Positions 14,061 to 30,454 of a stretch of DNA of 64,000 nucleotides are shown one piece after another (the first letter of the stretch is position 1; each line of letters begins with the position of its first letter). The position numbers and the translations under genes were made by a program. Source of the DNA: the human T2T-CHM13v2.0 reference genome, Homo sapiens. The notes under the pieces are model-generated. The model was not told the origin of the DNA and searched no databases. It saw only the letters and a program-made list of their open reading frames with translations. The stretch lies in contig CP086569.2 in the NCBI GenBank assembly GCA_009914755.4, positions 27,168,001-27,232,000 on the forward strand. Direction: 5' to 3'.

Positions 14061-14369
14061 AAAGAAGTACTTCACACTTTGCAGATCATAGTCTCTTGCA
14101 AACATTCAACTCTGTCATTATAACCTAAAAGCAGCTATGGACAATACTAATACCAATGACTATAGCTGGGTTCCAGTAAAATTTTATGGACACTAAAAAT
14201 CTGAATTTCATATAAGTTGCACATATCACAAAATACTTTTTCAGCTAATTAAAAGTGCAAAACTATTTTTAGCTTATAGGTTGTACAAAAACAGGCAGTG
14301 GGCTGGATTTGGCCCATGAGCTGTAGTTTGCTGACTCCTGATTTAGTGCATTGGCCAGAAAGTTTGAAT

Positions 14370-14585
14370 TCAAATGTCAGCTGTGGAACTTAATAGCAAT
14401 AACACCTTGTATAAGTTACTTAACTTCTTTCTGCCTCAGTTACCCCATCTATAAAATGGGAATAACAGTACTATTTCTTTCTTAGTATTATTATGAAGAT
14501 TACATATCTTTATATGGACACAGCAGTTGGAACAGTGTCTGGCACAACTTAACTGCTCATGCATATTGCTGTTAGCTATTATAAA
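14370..14585 (+). mobile_element. MIR SINE relic
   Basis: ...TTACTTAACTTCTTTCTGCCTCAGTTACCCCATCTATAAAATGGGAATAACAGTACTATTTC...GGAACAGTGTCTGGCACAACTTAACTGCTCATGCATATTGCTGTTAGCTATTAT resembles the MIR consensus. Confidence 0.6.
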
Positions 14586-15019
14586 CCATTTCCATAACAA
14601 TCTCTAACAATTCTGCAAGTGTGCCACAGTTTCACATGCCCTCATATATTTACACATGCTGTTTCCTCTGTCTGGAATGCATTTTCCTGCTTAAAGCTTC
14701 TACATGGTCTGAAAGACTTAGTTTAAACATTACCTTCACTATGAAGCCTGCCTTGACTATTCTTCTCAACCTAGCAGATACTAGCCACTACCATCAGTTT
14801 CCCATTATCTATTGTAGTACATTGGATTTTATTGTAGTTATCTTTGATAGGTCAAATTCTCAGCAAGACGCCTTGTATGCAGAGTCTATGACTTACTAAT
14901 TGTATCCCCAGGGCCCAGAATAGTTCTCTACACACACAAAACATGTATTTGCTTAATGATATTAACAATACAGAAAGCAAGCTAATACATTAATAATGAG
15001 GATAGAAATCTCCTAGTTA

Positions 15020-15400
15020 TGTGCCATAAAAAGGAACAAAATCATGTGCTTTCCAGTAACATGGATGCAGCTGCAGGCCATTATCCTAAGTAAATTAACA
15101 CAGGAACAGAAAACAAATTCTGCATGTTCTCACTTATAAGTGTGAGCTAAACACTGGGTATTCATGGACATAAAGATGGCAACAGTAGACACTGGGGACT
15201 ACTAGAGCAGAGAGGGAGGGAGAGAGAAAGGGAGAGGGGCTAGGGATGAAAAACTAACTATTGGGTACTACACTTGCTAACTGGGTGATGGGATCAATCA
15301 TACCCCAAACTTCAGCATCACACGATATACCCATTAACAAACTTGTACATGTACCCCCTGAATCTAAAAGTTGAAATTATAAAAAATAAATGAAATGAGA
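15020..15400 (+). mobile_element. L1 3' end (ORF2 C-terminus plus 3'UTR), L1PA/L1PB-like
   Basis: ...GTGCTTTCCAGTAACATGGATGCAGCTGCAGGCCATTATCCTAAGTAAATTAACACAGGAACAGAAAACAAATTCTGCATGTTCTCACTTATAAGTGTGAGCTAAACACTGGGTATTCATGGACATAAAGATGGCAACAGTAGACACTGGGGACTACTAGAG... is the classic L1 3' end. Confidence 0.85.
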
Positions 15401-15435
15401 CCTTTTTAATCTATCATTAAGGAAAAAAAAATATC

Positions 15436-15732
15436 GGCCAGGTGCAGTGGCTCACGCCTGTAATCCCAGCACTTTGGGAGGCTGAGGCAAGCAAATCACG
15501 AGGTCAGGAGATCGAGACCAGCCTGGTTAACACGGTGAAACCCCATCTCTACTAAAAGCACAAAAAATTAGCCAGGCATGGTGGTAGGTGCCAGTAATCC
15601 CAGCTACTCAGGAGGCTGAGGCAGGAGAATGGCTTGAACACAGGAGGTGGAGCTTGCATTGAGCCAAGATCCCGCCATTGTACTCTAGCCTGGACGACAG
15701 AGCAAGACTCCGTTTCCAAAAAAAAAAAGAAA
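15436..15732 (+). mobile_element. Alu SINE, full-length
   Basis: GGCCAGGTGCAGTGGCTCACGCCTGTAATCCCAGCACTTTGGGAGGCTGAGGCAAGCAAATCACGAGGTCAGGAGATCGAGACC...; poly(A). Confidence 0.9.
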
Positions 15733-15735
15733 TCA

Positions 15736-16015
15736 GGCCAGGTGTGGTGGCTCACACCTATAATCCCAGCATTTTAGGAAGGTAAGGAGGGAGGATTTTT
15801 TGAGACCAGCTTGGACAACAAAATGAGACCTCATCTCTACAAAAAATTAAAAAGTTTGCTGGGCATGCTAACACATGCCTGTGGTCCAAGCTACACAGGA
15901 GGCTAAGGCAGGGGGATCGCTTAGGCCCAGAAAAATGAGGCTGCAGTAAGCCATGTATGCACCACTACACTCCAGCCCTAGGTGACAGAGCAAGACCCTG
16001 TCAAAAGAAAGAAAT
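15736..16015 (+). mobile_element. Alu SINE (older, diverged)
   Basis: GGCCAGGTGTGGTGGCTCACACCTATAATCCCAGCATTTTAGGAAGGTAAGGAGGGAGGATT... Confidence 0.85.
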
Positions 16016-17170
16016 CTCTTAGTTATATGACAAATGTGAATATAATTAAATATGAAAATAATTTCTAATATCCTATTTTGAGTAAAATTTACCATGTTAA
16101 TATCCATCCCCAGGCATATCCAGTGAGCATCCAGAGGTTTTCTTGGTGCTATTATTAGTTGGTAGCACATATCTTAGAATCCACACATTGATAATCACAA
16201 CACTAGGTTTTAGAGATTCAAAAGGTCATCTCCCACCTCAATTTACAAAAAATATATATATATATGTTTAGTACTGAGGGGAAAAGGAAATAAAATAATG
16301 AAATGTGAAATTTCCACCAATATAACAATGTACATAGCAAAAAGCAAGAAGTTAACAGAATGAAAGCCCTTTTCTGAGCCTTCTCTTAAACTCTTAAGGA
16401 AATAGTCAATCATCAAAAGGCTTCACCAAGGCCATTGAGAGAAGTATGCTTTTTCAGCTAGTCAGGATTCTAACTAAAACAGAGTTACTTGGGCAACATA
16501 AGACATTACCCTTCCCACTCTCAACTTGCCAAGAGTGTTGTGTCCCTTTGCTTAGACTTCTGCCAGGCAAGCTATGATACTGTGCCCAAATGATCCTGTG
16601 CCAGACACAACAATCCCTCTGACAGAAGGTTCCTTGTGTCTACTAATTCTAGGCTAACCAGCACGCCTGGCATACTGTCTCTTAAAAAAATCAAAGCTGT
16701 TTTGGGAGAACAGGTTAAAGGAGGAAGGGACTCCAACAACTGAATAGTGAATATTTTCCAAAAGGCAATTTAATATCATCAAAATCAATGAATGCAATAA
16801 TAATGAAGAGAGTTCAGTGAAGATTCAGATCACAACCCCCAGGTGACACTAACATGACAGTGAGGATGAAGTAGGAGCTTTCAATTTTCTAAGTTTTCTA
16901 AGTTAATGTCACATATGTAAAAATCCCAGCTGTTTGCTGTGGAAATAATGACATCAGAATCAGTTTGTCCTTGAGTTTTCGTTTTTGCTTCTTTTGTTTC
17001 TAATGTGTGTATGCATGTGTGTGTAATGCACTGGCTAAGAATTATCCATTTTTCCAGAGGTCTATTTCCCTCTTTCAGAGTATGAGATCATATACTATGA
17101 GAATCTGCCAAATTTAAGGAATTTGGCATATTGTCTCCTAAAAAAATCAAACATATAGAAAATACTTTTT

Positions 17171-17335
<165 letters not shown>

Positions 17336-18419
17336 ATTTATATTAGGACTATGCTGTATTCTTGCCAGTGCCATTGTTATTACTACTACCATTACTATCA
17401 TGATTTTCTTCAGTGCCAGAAAATAGCTGCATGTATAGTATTTAATTATTGCTGAATTTGGACATTCTCATAATTGCTAACTTATGGGATAGTAACTTTA
17501 GACACACTATTATCAAAAACTTTTTTTCTTCCAATATGTTATTTTAATATATCTGACTAAAAGGATTGGGTTTTCCTATATTTTAGATCTAGATTAATTT
17601 CAATGGAATAATATAAGTTATAATGCCATCCATTCTTCCAAAAAACTCAAATTTTAAATATATCCCCATGTGTCTTCCCAAAAGTCCTCTAAGGAAGGGA
17701 AAGGTTGAGGAATATCACAATACTGGTGATAGCAGCCAATATTTTTTCTGGTCTATTTGAAGCTGGGCATGTGGAAAAGACCTGGCAAGAGAGTAGTATG
17801 AAAAGACAGCCTACCACAAAGCTATGAGAAATTCTAGAATTTAAAAACTGTTTAGGAAAGGATGAGTGAGCAAAGGTGGTATAACCAGAGAAGAGAAAAG
17901 AAAAACAAATGTATCATGGAAGTCATAGGATGAAAGCGTTTCAAGAAAGAGTGGTTGATGTTGCTAACAGTCAAGTAAGCTGAAGAAAGGAAATGTCAGA
18001 ATTAGCAATGTAAAGGTCATGGAGGACCTGAGCTTGAAATGTTTCAGTGCAGTAATTGGGCAAGAGCAAGATTAAGAATGGAATGAAGAGTGAAAGGAAA
18101 TGAGAGCATTGATAAGTCTTGAAAAATATGGCTAAGAAAAGGAGGAAAGAGACAGAGTGATAGATGGAAGCCAGGAAGGGGCCATAAATTGTTGTTATTG
18201 TAAAATGAAAGAGACTTGAGCATGTTTAATTATATTTAGAAGCATTCACATGAAAAGAAAAGGTTGGCAAATAAGGTTGGATAGTGTGAGATTAAAGAGA
18301 AAGGCTCCAAAATAAAGACAGAAGGATTACCCTTAAATGGGAAAAACTCTCCACTGCAATAGGAGGGAAGGAAAAGAGAATGCCTCAGACATAGGTAGAG
18401 TGGTTTAGAGATAAAAATT

Positions 18420-18630
18420 GAGCCTGGGCAACATGGTGAAACCCCATCTCTACAAAAAATACAAAAATTAGCCAGGCATGATGGCACGCATCTATAGTCC
18501 CAGCTACTTGGGAGGCTGAGGTGGGAGGATCACTTGAGCCCCAAAGGCATTGCTTGCAGTGAGCCAAGCCTTACAGTGTGACACTGCACTTCAGTCTGAG
18601 TGACAAAGAGGGACCTTGTCTCAAAAAAGT
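18420..18630 (+). mobile_element. Alu SINE, 5'-truncated
   Basis: GAGCCTGGGCAACATGGTGAAACCCCATCTCTACAAAAAATACAAAAATTAGCCAGGCATGATGGCACGCATCTATAGTCCCAGCTACTTGGGAGGCTGAGGTGGGAGGATCACTTGAGCCCC... Confidence 0.75.
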
Positions 18631-18776
18631 AATAACAAATAAGAAATTCCCATCTGATTTCTCTGTTTTCTATCTTATCTGTGAAGCAGTAGTAATCACA
18701 GTAGTAACAGGGGTAGTGGTAGGAGCAATAATATCAATTAATATTTATTAAGGGCTTACTATACATGGGTGAAACA

Positions 18777-18868
18777 CTGCCCCATATATTGAATATTAAT
18801 GAATTAATATTCATTAAATACTGCCCCATATAATGAATGTTAATGAATTAATATTCATTAAATCCTCC
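18777..18868. repeat. Tandem duplication of ~46 bp with a near-palindromic AT-rich core
   Basis: CTGCCCCATATATTGAATATTAATGAATTAATATTCATTAAATA occurs twice in tandem. The core AATGAAT-TAAT-ATTCATT is an inverted repeat. Confidence 0.6.
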
Positions 18869-20121
18869 TGGCAAGCTAATAAGATAAATATTACTATTAT
18901 TACCATCATCATCATTTTTAGAAGATTAAGTAACATGCCCAAGGTCATATGGCTAAAAACTAAGGAGCCAGCATTCAAATCCAATCAGTCTGGCTCCAGG
19001 CATAATTCTGAACCATTTTATTAAACCAACTCTAAATTTAACAACCTACAGGGCACTAGAGACTTTCACAAGTCTCATGTTAAAGCACTTGTTAAAAGGG
19101 TTTTTTTGGTGCAGTGATAAACACAAAAGCCAGATCAGACAAGTTGTGGAGTAGGAAGCAAAGCAGGAGGAGGTGATATCAACTGTTCAGAAAAAGGAAG
19201 GAAGTAGAATGGTCAGAAGGGTGAGGATCATACAGAAGTATGAAATGATCATTCCAGAGAAATGAGTGAGTTGGCCAGGGACATACGATTGGGTTTCCAG
19301 ACAAGGGAAAGGATCTATTTGAATTTGGGGACCATGAATGTAAAGTAATAAAAACGTATACTATTTGGTGATTTTCATCCACTTAGGTGTAACCACAGAG
19401 AAATCAGAGTTAGGTTCATCCAGTTAGGACGTTGACAGATAAGTTCAAAAATTTCAGAGAGGTAAGGAGTTTAGGGTTTAGGGAAAGTGTTATTAAAGTA
19501 AACAGAATCTAAGCAAGACAAGAAGAAAAGCTGATGAATTATAAAGAAGTAAATGGGAAAAAGAATTGGAAGTCCCAATTAGAACTGGTTATAAAAGCAG
19601 TGATTGAATTAGCAATTCCACATTATGGCCAAAAAGCCAGATGCATTAGAGGAGGAGCAGATATAGGTGATATTTGTGTCACAGGTATAACTGTGGAAAT
19701 GGGTGACAGAGCAAGGTTGAGGGAAAAATCACCCAAAATGAGAAACATTTTCAGGAACAGTCACCCAAGTGAATGTTGGATGATTTGATAGAAAAATGAG
19801 ATGGAGAGTAAGTTGTGAGCTAAGTCTTTGATGAATGAGGGAGTTAAAAGGTGGCATGAGAATCAAAGGAGCAATGGTATTTTATTTTTATTAGACGGTA
19901 TAAGAAATAATGCTCAGGAAGTAACAATGGGGAACAACATGGTCCTAATACTGCTTCCTAACACCGAGTTATGTGAGACAAATGAAACCTAAACAACTTG
20001 AGAGGGCTTAAGTCTATGACAATAGCATAACTAATGCTGTGGGTTCCTAACTTCCAAACCAAAGCTCCATCCAATATCAGGTATACTATAGCTTTTTTCT
20101 TCAAATTGATTTTCTTTCTTT

Positions 20122-20430
20122 CTTTCTTCCTTTTTTTTTTTTTTTTTTGAGACAGAGTCTCACTTTGTTGCCCAGGCTGGAGTGAAGTGGCATCATCTTA
20201 ACTCAATACAAACTCTGCCTCCCAGGTCTAAGCGATTCTCATGCCTCAGCCTCCCAAGTACCTGGGGTTACAGCGCCCACTACCACATCCAGCTAATTTT
20301 TGTATTTTTAGTAGAGACAGGGTTTCACCATGTTGGCCAGGCTGGTCTTGAATTCCTGACCCCAAGTGATCTGCCCAGTCTCCCAAAGTGCTGGGATTGT
20401 AGGCATGAGCCACCAGGCCCAGCCCAAATT
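20122..20430 (-). mobile_element. Alu SINE (array unit 1)
   Basis: Poly(T) then GAGACAGAGTCTCACTTTGTTGCCCAGGCTGGAGTG ... GGCATGAGCCACCAGGCCCAGCCC. Confidence 0.85.
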
Positions 20431-20521
20431 GATTTTCTTTTCTTTTCTTTTCTCTTTTCTTTTATTTTCTTTTTTCTCCTTTCTCTTTTCTTTCCCCTTC
20501 CTTCCTTTTTTTTTTTTTTTT

Positions 20522-20808
20522 TCTGAGACAGAGTTTCACTCTTGCTGTCCAGGCTGGAGTGCAGTGGCATCATCTTAACTCAATACAAACTCTGCTTCCC
20601 AGGTCTAAGCGATTCTCATGCCTCAGCCTCCCAAGTACCTGGGGTTACAGCGCCCACTACCACATCCAGCTAATTTTTGTATTTTTAGTAGAGACAGGGT
20701 TTCACCACGTTGGCCAGGCTGGTCTTCAATTCCTGACCCCAGGTGATCTGCCCAGTCTCCCAAAGTGCTGGGATTGTAGGCATGAGCCACCAGGCCCAGC
20801 CCAAATTG
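20522..20808 (-). mobile_element. Alu SINE (array unit 2, near-identical to unit 1)
   Basis: About 98% identical to 20139-20430 by eye. Confidence 0.85.
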
Positions 20809-20888
20809 ATTTTCTTTTCTTTTCTCTTTTCTTTTATTTTCTTTTTTCTCTTTTCTCTTTTCTTTCCCCTTCCTTCCTTTTTTTTTCT

Positions 20889-21172
<284 letters not shown>

Positions 21173-21322
21173 CCAAATTGATTGTCTTAAAGTAATCTAG
21201 TAACACAGAGTATATTTTTATTGTTAAGAGAAAAAAAATTAAAATCTAACTACAATATATCCTGCTAAAATACTGTCCAGATACTTATGTGCTTACATGT
21301 ACTTTTCATATATCTTTCAGAA

Positions 21323-21587
21323 TTTTTTTTTCTTTTTTTGAGATGGAGTCTCGTTCTGTCGCCCAGGCTGGAGTGCAGTGGTATGATCTCAGCTGGGATC
21401 TCGGTTGGCGCGATCTCAGCAGTGGTGCGATCTCACTGCCACCATGCCTGGCTAATTTTTTGTATTTTTAGTAGAGATGGAGTTTCGCCGTGTTAGCCAG
21501 GATGGTCTCGATCTCCTGACCTCGTGATCTGCCTGCCTCAGCCTCCCAAAGTGGTGGGATTACAGGCGTGAACCACCACGCCCGGCC
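21323..21587 (-). mobile_element. Alu SINE, antisense, with an internal GATCTC(A)GC... micro-triplication; target-site duplication CAGAATTTTT
   Basis: Poly(T) then GAGATGGAGTCTCGTTCTGTCGCCCAGGCTGGAGTGCAGTGGTATGATCTCAGCTGGGATCTCGGTTGGCGCGATCTCAGCAGTGGTGCGATCTCACTGCC ... GGCGTGAACCACCACGCCCGGCC. The flanks repeat CAGAATTTTT. Confidence 0.9.
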
Positions 21588-21746
21588 ATCTTCCAGAATT
21601 TTTAAAAGTGTAAATGGGGACATATTATATGTACTTCAGTGAGTTTTTCTTTCTACTTACAATATTCTTATAGAATGTTCTTGCATAGTGTTAGTACAGG
21701 TTTATGTAGGTCTACCTCTTTTGTTTTTTATTTATTTATTTATTTT

Positions 21747-21868
21747 TTAGAGACAGGGTCTTGCTATGTTTCCCAGACTGGTCTCAAACTCCTGGCCTTA
21801 AGCAATCCTCCTGCCTTGGCCTCCTAAAGTGTTGGGATTACAGGAGTGAGCCATCATGCCCAGACCTG
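21747..21868 (-). mobile_element. Alu monomer fragment, antisense
   Basis: TTAGAGACAGGGTCTTGCTATGTTTCCCAGACTGGTCTCAAACTCCTGGCCTTAAGCAATCCTCCTGCCTTGGCCTCCTAAAGTGTTGGGATTACAGGAGTGAGCCATCATGCCCAGACC. Confidence 0.7.
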
Positions 21869-22385
21869 GGTCTACTTCTTTTGTTCATAACAGCAAAAGA
21901 TTTCCATACTGTGAATATCTAACCATTCCCCCATTTATATAAATTTAGGTTTTTCCTAATTTTTTTTACAAGGAATAAAAGAACATTTTTGTATATACAT
22001 CTTTCTGTACATATGCTAGAATAAGGAAAGAAATAAAACTTGGGAGCCAAATGATCTGCATATATTTTTATAAATTCTGCCAAACTGCCTTCTGAAAAGG
22101 CTTTGCCCATTTACAAGACAGTTAAGTGCACCCATTTCCCCAACTCCATATCAATATCCATGCTTGAAAGAACTAATTCTTTTGGTTCAAGGAAAAAAAA
22201 AGAACCAATTTTTAAATTTCTGTTAAAGAACTGGAAAAAAAAAACACTGTTTCGATTTGCATTTTGCTAATAATGAAATCTGAGAAGTTTCTCATGTGTT
22301 TTAAATTTTTTTTAATGTTAAAACAGCTATGCTGAGATACAATTCACATACAATACAATTTGTCCATTTAAAGTATATAATTTCA

Positions 22386-22690
22386 GGCTGGACACAGTGG
22401 CTCACTCTTGCAATCCCAGCACTTTGGGAGATCAAGGCAGGTAGATCACTTGAGGTCAGGAGTTCGAGACCACCCTGGCCAACATGGCAAAACCCTTTCT
22501 CTACTAAAAATACAAAAAAAATGGCCAGGCTTGGTGGTGTGTGCCTGTAGTCCCAGCCCCTGAGGAGGCTGAGGCACGAGAATCCCTTTAACCCGAAAGG
22601 TGGAGGTTGCAGTGAGTTGAGATCGCAGCAGTGCACTCCAGCCTGGGCAATAGAGAGAGATCCTGTCTTTGGAAAAATAAATTAATTAAT
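22386..22690 (+). mobile_element. Alu SINE inserted in the L1; target-site duplication AAAGTATA(C/T)AATTTCA
   Basis: GGCTGGACACAGTGGCTCACTCTTGCAATCCCAGCACTTTGGGAGATCAAGGCAGGTAGATCACTTGAGGTCAGGAGTTCGAGACC... The duplicated flank is AAAGTATATAATTTC / AAAGTATACAATTTCA. Confidence 0.9.
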
Positions 22691-22805
22691 TAAATTTAAA
22701 AGTATACAATTTCAAAGGTACTTTTTTAAAAAAATTATAGTCATAGATAAGTGAAACCATCACCACAGTCAATTTTAGAAAATTTCCATCATCTCAAAAA
22801 GAAGC

Positions 22806-23133
<328 letters not shown>

Positions 23134-24018
23134 CTAGCTATTGCTCCTCAACCTCTTACCCTCCCTCCTCCTATCCCTAAGCAACCACCAACCTACTTTC
23201 CCACTCCAGAGATTTCCCTATTCTGGACTTTCAAATAAACAGAATCATATAATATGTAGACTTCTGTGACTGACTTCTCTTAGCATCTGTTTTCAAGGCT
23301 CATCCAAACTGTAGCATGAATCAGTATTTCATTCATTTTTATGGCTAAATAATGTTCCATTGTATGGATACACATTTCGATTATCCATAAGCTGATGAAC
23401 ATTTGGGTTGTGTCCACCTTTGGTTATTATGAATAATACTGCCATTAACATTTTTGTGTAAGTGTTGTATGGACACATGTTTTCATTTATCTTCAGTACA
23501 CCTAGGAGTAGAATTGCTGGTATGGACATACGTTTTCATTTATGGGAGTAGAACTGCTGGATCATATGGTAACTCTATGCTTAATTGTTTGAGGAACTGC
23601 CAGACTGTTTTTCAGCGGCTGCCCCATCTTACATTTTTACCAGCAGTATATAAGAGCTCCAATTTCACCATACCCTCACCAATACTTGTCATTATTTTAC
23701 TTTTTGGTTCTAGTCATCCTAGTGGGTACAAAGTGGTGTCTCATTATGGTTTTCATTGCATTTCCCTGATGACAATTGATGTTGAATATCTTTTCAGGTG
23801 CTTATTGGTCATTTGTGTATCTTCCTTGGAGGCATGTCTATTTAGATTATTTGTCCATTTTTTAATTGAGATATTTTTTTCTTCTTATTATTATAAAGTT
23901 ATTTATTTATTATTAAAGTTCTTTATATATTCTAGATACAAGTCACTTACAAGATATATAATTTGCAAATATCTCTCACTCTGTGGGTTGTCTTATCACT
24001 TTCTTTTTTTGTTTGTTT

Positions 24019-24595
<577 letters not shown>

Positions 24596-24971
24596 TTAAT
24601 TTTTATGAATTCAAATTATTTTTTCTTTTGTTGCTCATGCTATGGTGACATATCTAAGAATCTTTTGCTAAATCCGAGGTCATGGATACAATCTGATAGC
24701 TCATCAGTAAAATTCAATCAATTAATCAATCGAGGTCATGGAAAACATTACTGCTATGTTTTCATCTAAGAGATTTTTAGCTTTAGCTTTTACATTTAGG
24801 TCTTTGATCTATTTTAACTTTTGTATGGTGTAAGACTCCAACTTCATTCTTTTGCATGTTATCCAGCTGCCCCCTATACCATTTGTTGAAAATACTATTC
24901 TTTCCCCAGTGAATGGTCTTGGCACCTTTGTCATATATCAGTTGACCATGGTTGCATGGGTTTATTTCTAG

Positions 24972-25445
<474 letters not shown>

Positions 25446-25539
25446 TCCATGTGGATATTATCTCATATGTTTATTAGCCACATAAACTACTCCCCATTCA
25501 TAGCCTTTCCTCATTTTTTAAAGATGGTTAAATTTTTTT

Positions 25540-25827
25540 TTTTTTTGAGACACAGTCTTATTCTGTTGCCCAGGTTGGAGTGCAGTGGCACCATCTCGGC
25601 TCACTGCAAGCTCCGCCTCCCGGGCACGCAGTTCTCCTGCCTCAGCCTCCCGAGTAGCTGGGACCACAGGCGCCCGCCACCACGCCTGGCTAATTTTTTG
25701 TATTTTTAGTTGAGACAGGGTTTCACCATGTTAGCCAGGATGGTCTCAATCTCCTGACCTTGTCATCCACCCACCTCGGGCTCCCAAAGTGCTGGGATTA
25801 CAGGCATGAGCCACTGTGCCCGGCTGG
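25540..25827 (-). mobile_element. Alu SINE, antisense; target-site duplication GGTTAAATTTTT
   Basis: Poly(T) then GAGACACAGTCTTATTCTGTTGCCCAGGTTGGAGTGCAGTGGCACCATCTCGGCTCACTGCAAGCTCCGCCTCCCGGGCACGC ... GGCATGAGCCACTGTGCCCGGC. Confidence 0.9.
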
Positions 25828-26454
25828 TTAAATTTTTAAAATTGTTTATATAAAGAGCTCGTTACTCTGGATATTAATCCTTGATCACAAAATCTTTTTC
25901 CTAGTCTGTCATTTGTCTTTCAACTCTTTTTAGGATGTTTTTTGTCATAGAAAAGTTCTGAGTTTCATTTTACTCAGGAAGCCTTCTCCCTCCCACCTCT
26001 TCCTTGCTTCCTAGTTATAAAAATATTCACCTATATTTCCTTCTAAAAATTATATTAACTATTTGATTCCTTGGAACTTACTTTTCAGATGGTGAGAGTT
26101 AGGCGGTATAATTTTTTTCCCCAAGTAGAGAGCCAACTCTCCTAACACAATTTTTACCCCATTAAATTGAAATGTTACCATTATCAAAATTAAATTCCTA
26201 TCTGTAATTGAGTCTGTTTCTGGAGTCTCTATTTCTTTCATTTATCTATTTATCTATTCCTCTATCAATACTATAGCATTTTAATTACTTAACTATATTT
26301 TGACATCTGGTAGGCCAAGACTCACCTTATTGAATTTTGAGGGATTTACTTGACTATTTCTGCATATTAATTCTTCCAGATGAAATTCAGGATGAGCTTG
26401 CCAAATTTTTCCATGGAAATTTTGACTAGAGTTACATGGATTTTATAATAAAAA

Positions 26455-26620
26455 CAATAATAGCAAACACTATGGAGCCTACTAAGTGTCAGAAACTGTT
26501 TTAAGATCTTTCATATATTAATTCTAACAATTCTATGAGGTAGTTACTATTGTAGTACTACTAGATCAATATTAAGAAAGAGAGATGATACAATACTATT
26601 TCTATCAGTAGCTCCACTTA
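26455..26620 (-). mobile_element. MIR SINE relic, antisense
   Basis: CACTATGGAGCCTACTAAGTGTCAGAAACTGTTTTAAGATCTTTCATATATTAATTCTAACAATTCTATGAGGTAGTTACTATTGTAG resembles the reverse complement of the MIR 3' region. Confidence 0.55.
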
Positions 26621-26645
26621 TTTAGGCCTTCTTTCATGTTCTTTA

Positions 26646-27034
<389 letters not shown>

Positions 27035-28563
27035 TTATTCCTAAGGATTTTGTGATTTTTTTCTTTTTATTTTTCTTTTTTTGCTGCTTCTATGAACAGG
27101 ATCCTCTTTCCCATTACATTCTTAAATGTATACTATTATATTCCAAATGATGGTTTGAAAAACTATTTTGTACTGATTCAAATTAAATTTATATAATTTT
27201 TTTCTGAAATTTCATTTACCTTAGAATTATTCTGCTTTTAAACAATGGCTAGTCTATCCCGTAATTATGTGTTAATCCCACAACTAATTTGCATATATTC
27301 TTATTGTGTGACACACGGCAATTCAAAGACTTGCTTTACAGGTAAAGTGACAACACTCCTATCTTTCCCAAATCTGCTATTCAGAATTACACTACGACAT
27401 TAGATTAAACTTCTAGTGCATCTATTACAGAAAACTGCCTTCTACCCAGTAGAATGTGACCTAGAAGATCACAACAGTCAAATCTGAAGGGATAGGCAGA
27501 AACAGATCAAATTGGGAGTTTGTTTTTGAATAGTCTAATGATTGATCTTTTAATAAATCATTAAATAATCCTTTTCTACCTTAAGGGAATCAGGAAAAAA
27601 AAAATCTTGTACCATTGAAACATTAAAATGAAGCCAAGTTTAAGGAGTAGCCAAATAGCTAGCTGACACATTTAAGTTGTCTTTTTGGAGTTACAGCTAT
27701 CTAGTTAACAACCTCAGAGATTAATTCAAATGAACCTGAAATAGCAGTATACCAACAGAGACCTCACTCCTTAGGCTTTTAGGGTGCCAAAGTCTACACT
27801 TAATTAAGACTAAGCCAAGATGATCCCCATATCTTTTTGAGACTAAGTTTCACCTTTCTTGCTCTGAAATTTTAGAACTCAATGAAACCTTCTACATAAC
27901 TGGTAGTAGCCCAGCCTATTTTCTGGAGCACAGTTAGTCTTATTAATATGCCACACTGACATTGTTGACAGAGTATCCCAATTTAAGGCTGAATGGCAAA
28001 AACTCAAAGGCTTACAATAATGTTAATACTTTGTTTTCAAAGGCTATAGTAAAGGCCAAGAGCAAAGTCATTCTTCCAGCTTAATAGCATTGGAAAGACC
28101 ACAGCAAGTACCAGAAGGCTTTCTGACACAAAATCAATAACTGCATGCAAATATGAACATCAATAGTCACATCTTCTTAGTCACTAGACTAAGTTAGGAC
28201 TAGCAATGATCAAAAGCGCTTCTAAAATGTTCTTATCCCCTAACCTCTCCATTCCTCTCTGTAAAAGAATAGGATGTCATGAAAAGTTGTGTAATTCCAT
28301 TCTTTTAATCGCAGTTTGGCAAAGTCCTTAGGCGAAAATATACCTAAATATATTCTCATGAAAATGGCCTTCATGAAGACTAGCATATTACAAAAATCAA
28401 ACAACAGTAGGATAAATATACTACCCACGGGGGAAAAAAAAAACAAAACTCTGTCAAAGTGTTAAATACAATAGTACTTCAGCTCTTTCACTGTTATTTA
28501 GCGCCTTAAATTTGCCAAATGTCAAAGAAAGTCAACAGAACATATTAAATACACAGAAATCCA

Positions 28564-29315
<752 letters not shown>

Positions 29316-30454
29316 TCATCCCTTGCAGTAAACCTTTTGAATAAAATCATTACTAAAAAAGCAAAACAAAACAAAACAAAAAACACAAAAACACAAAAAA
29401 AGAGCCTCTTGGACTAAACATTTAATCCTTAATAATAAGACAAAGGAAAATGTGACAGTTACTCTATGATTGAAATAGATTTAGCTGTGAACCCTTGCAC
29501 AAATCACTTCACGTTCCTGAACCTTAGGTTTTTTGATCTGTAAAAATGATAGGGTTGAGCTCTATAATCACTAGGGTAGCTTCCAGCTGTATTATTCTAT
29601 ACTGATCTCAGCCCCCAAAGAGTCTAGGACAATTTCCAATAGATTTTAATACCCTGAAAAACTTGAGAAACAACTAAAATGAATGTTTTTATTTTACTAA
29701 TGAGTTTATGTCAGTATTTTTATGGTGTTTGCTGGTGCCATTTGAATGAGCTTCTTTTTTCCAGATGTTGAATCTGAAGTTGAATTTAGACATTTCTTTT
29801 TAAAACATCTAGTACAGAACACAACACTTCCTCAACTAAGAAGAAGCCACTGGGAAAAAAGAACTGCTGCATGAAGAAGAAACTATTGAGAGGGATGGTA
29901 AAAGATGTAAACAGTCTAAATAATATACAAACGGAACAGTCTAAGCATAAATTGTTCAGATGTAATTGTCTGAGATGCTAAGGAAGATTTTCTGTAACAG
30001 ATCTGCTCAATCTTTGTCTGATTTTCATAAACCTTATATGAAGTTGATCATGCACAAACCCCAAATATAAACCAATAGGTTACTTGGGCCTTGATATTTT
30101 GCAGCTCATCACCAGGAAATCCACGCAGCAATAATCAAGAACCATTTGCAAATAGAATCGCACTCTTGGCATTTTTTGAGAATAATCAATTAAAGAATTA
30201 TTACCAGTTTTAATCTGAGAAATTAGTGATATAAAAATATGACAACAGCAATTGTAAGTGGAAATGTAGAGCTTTCCTACACAGTTGGAGGAAGTGTACA
30301 CTGGCATAGCCAGTCACTTTGAACATCACTTACCCAGTGAAGATGCACAAATGTTTAATCTTTCACATAAACCCTAGGAAAATTCTAACACATTTACACA
30401 TGAAACCATGTACAAGAATGCTCATAGTAGCACTATAAATTTTTAGTTGTCTCT

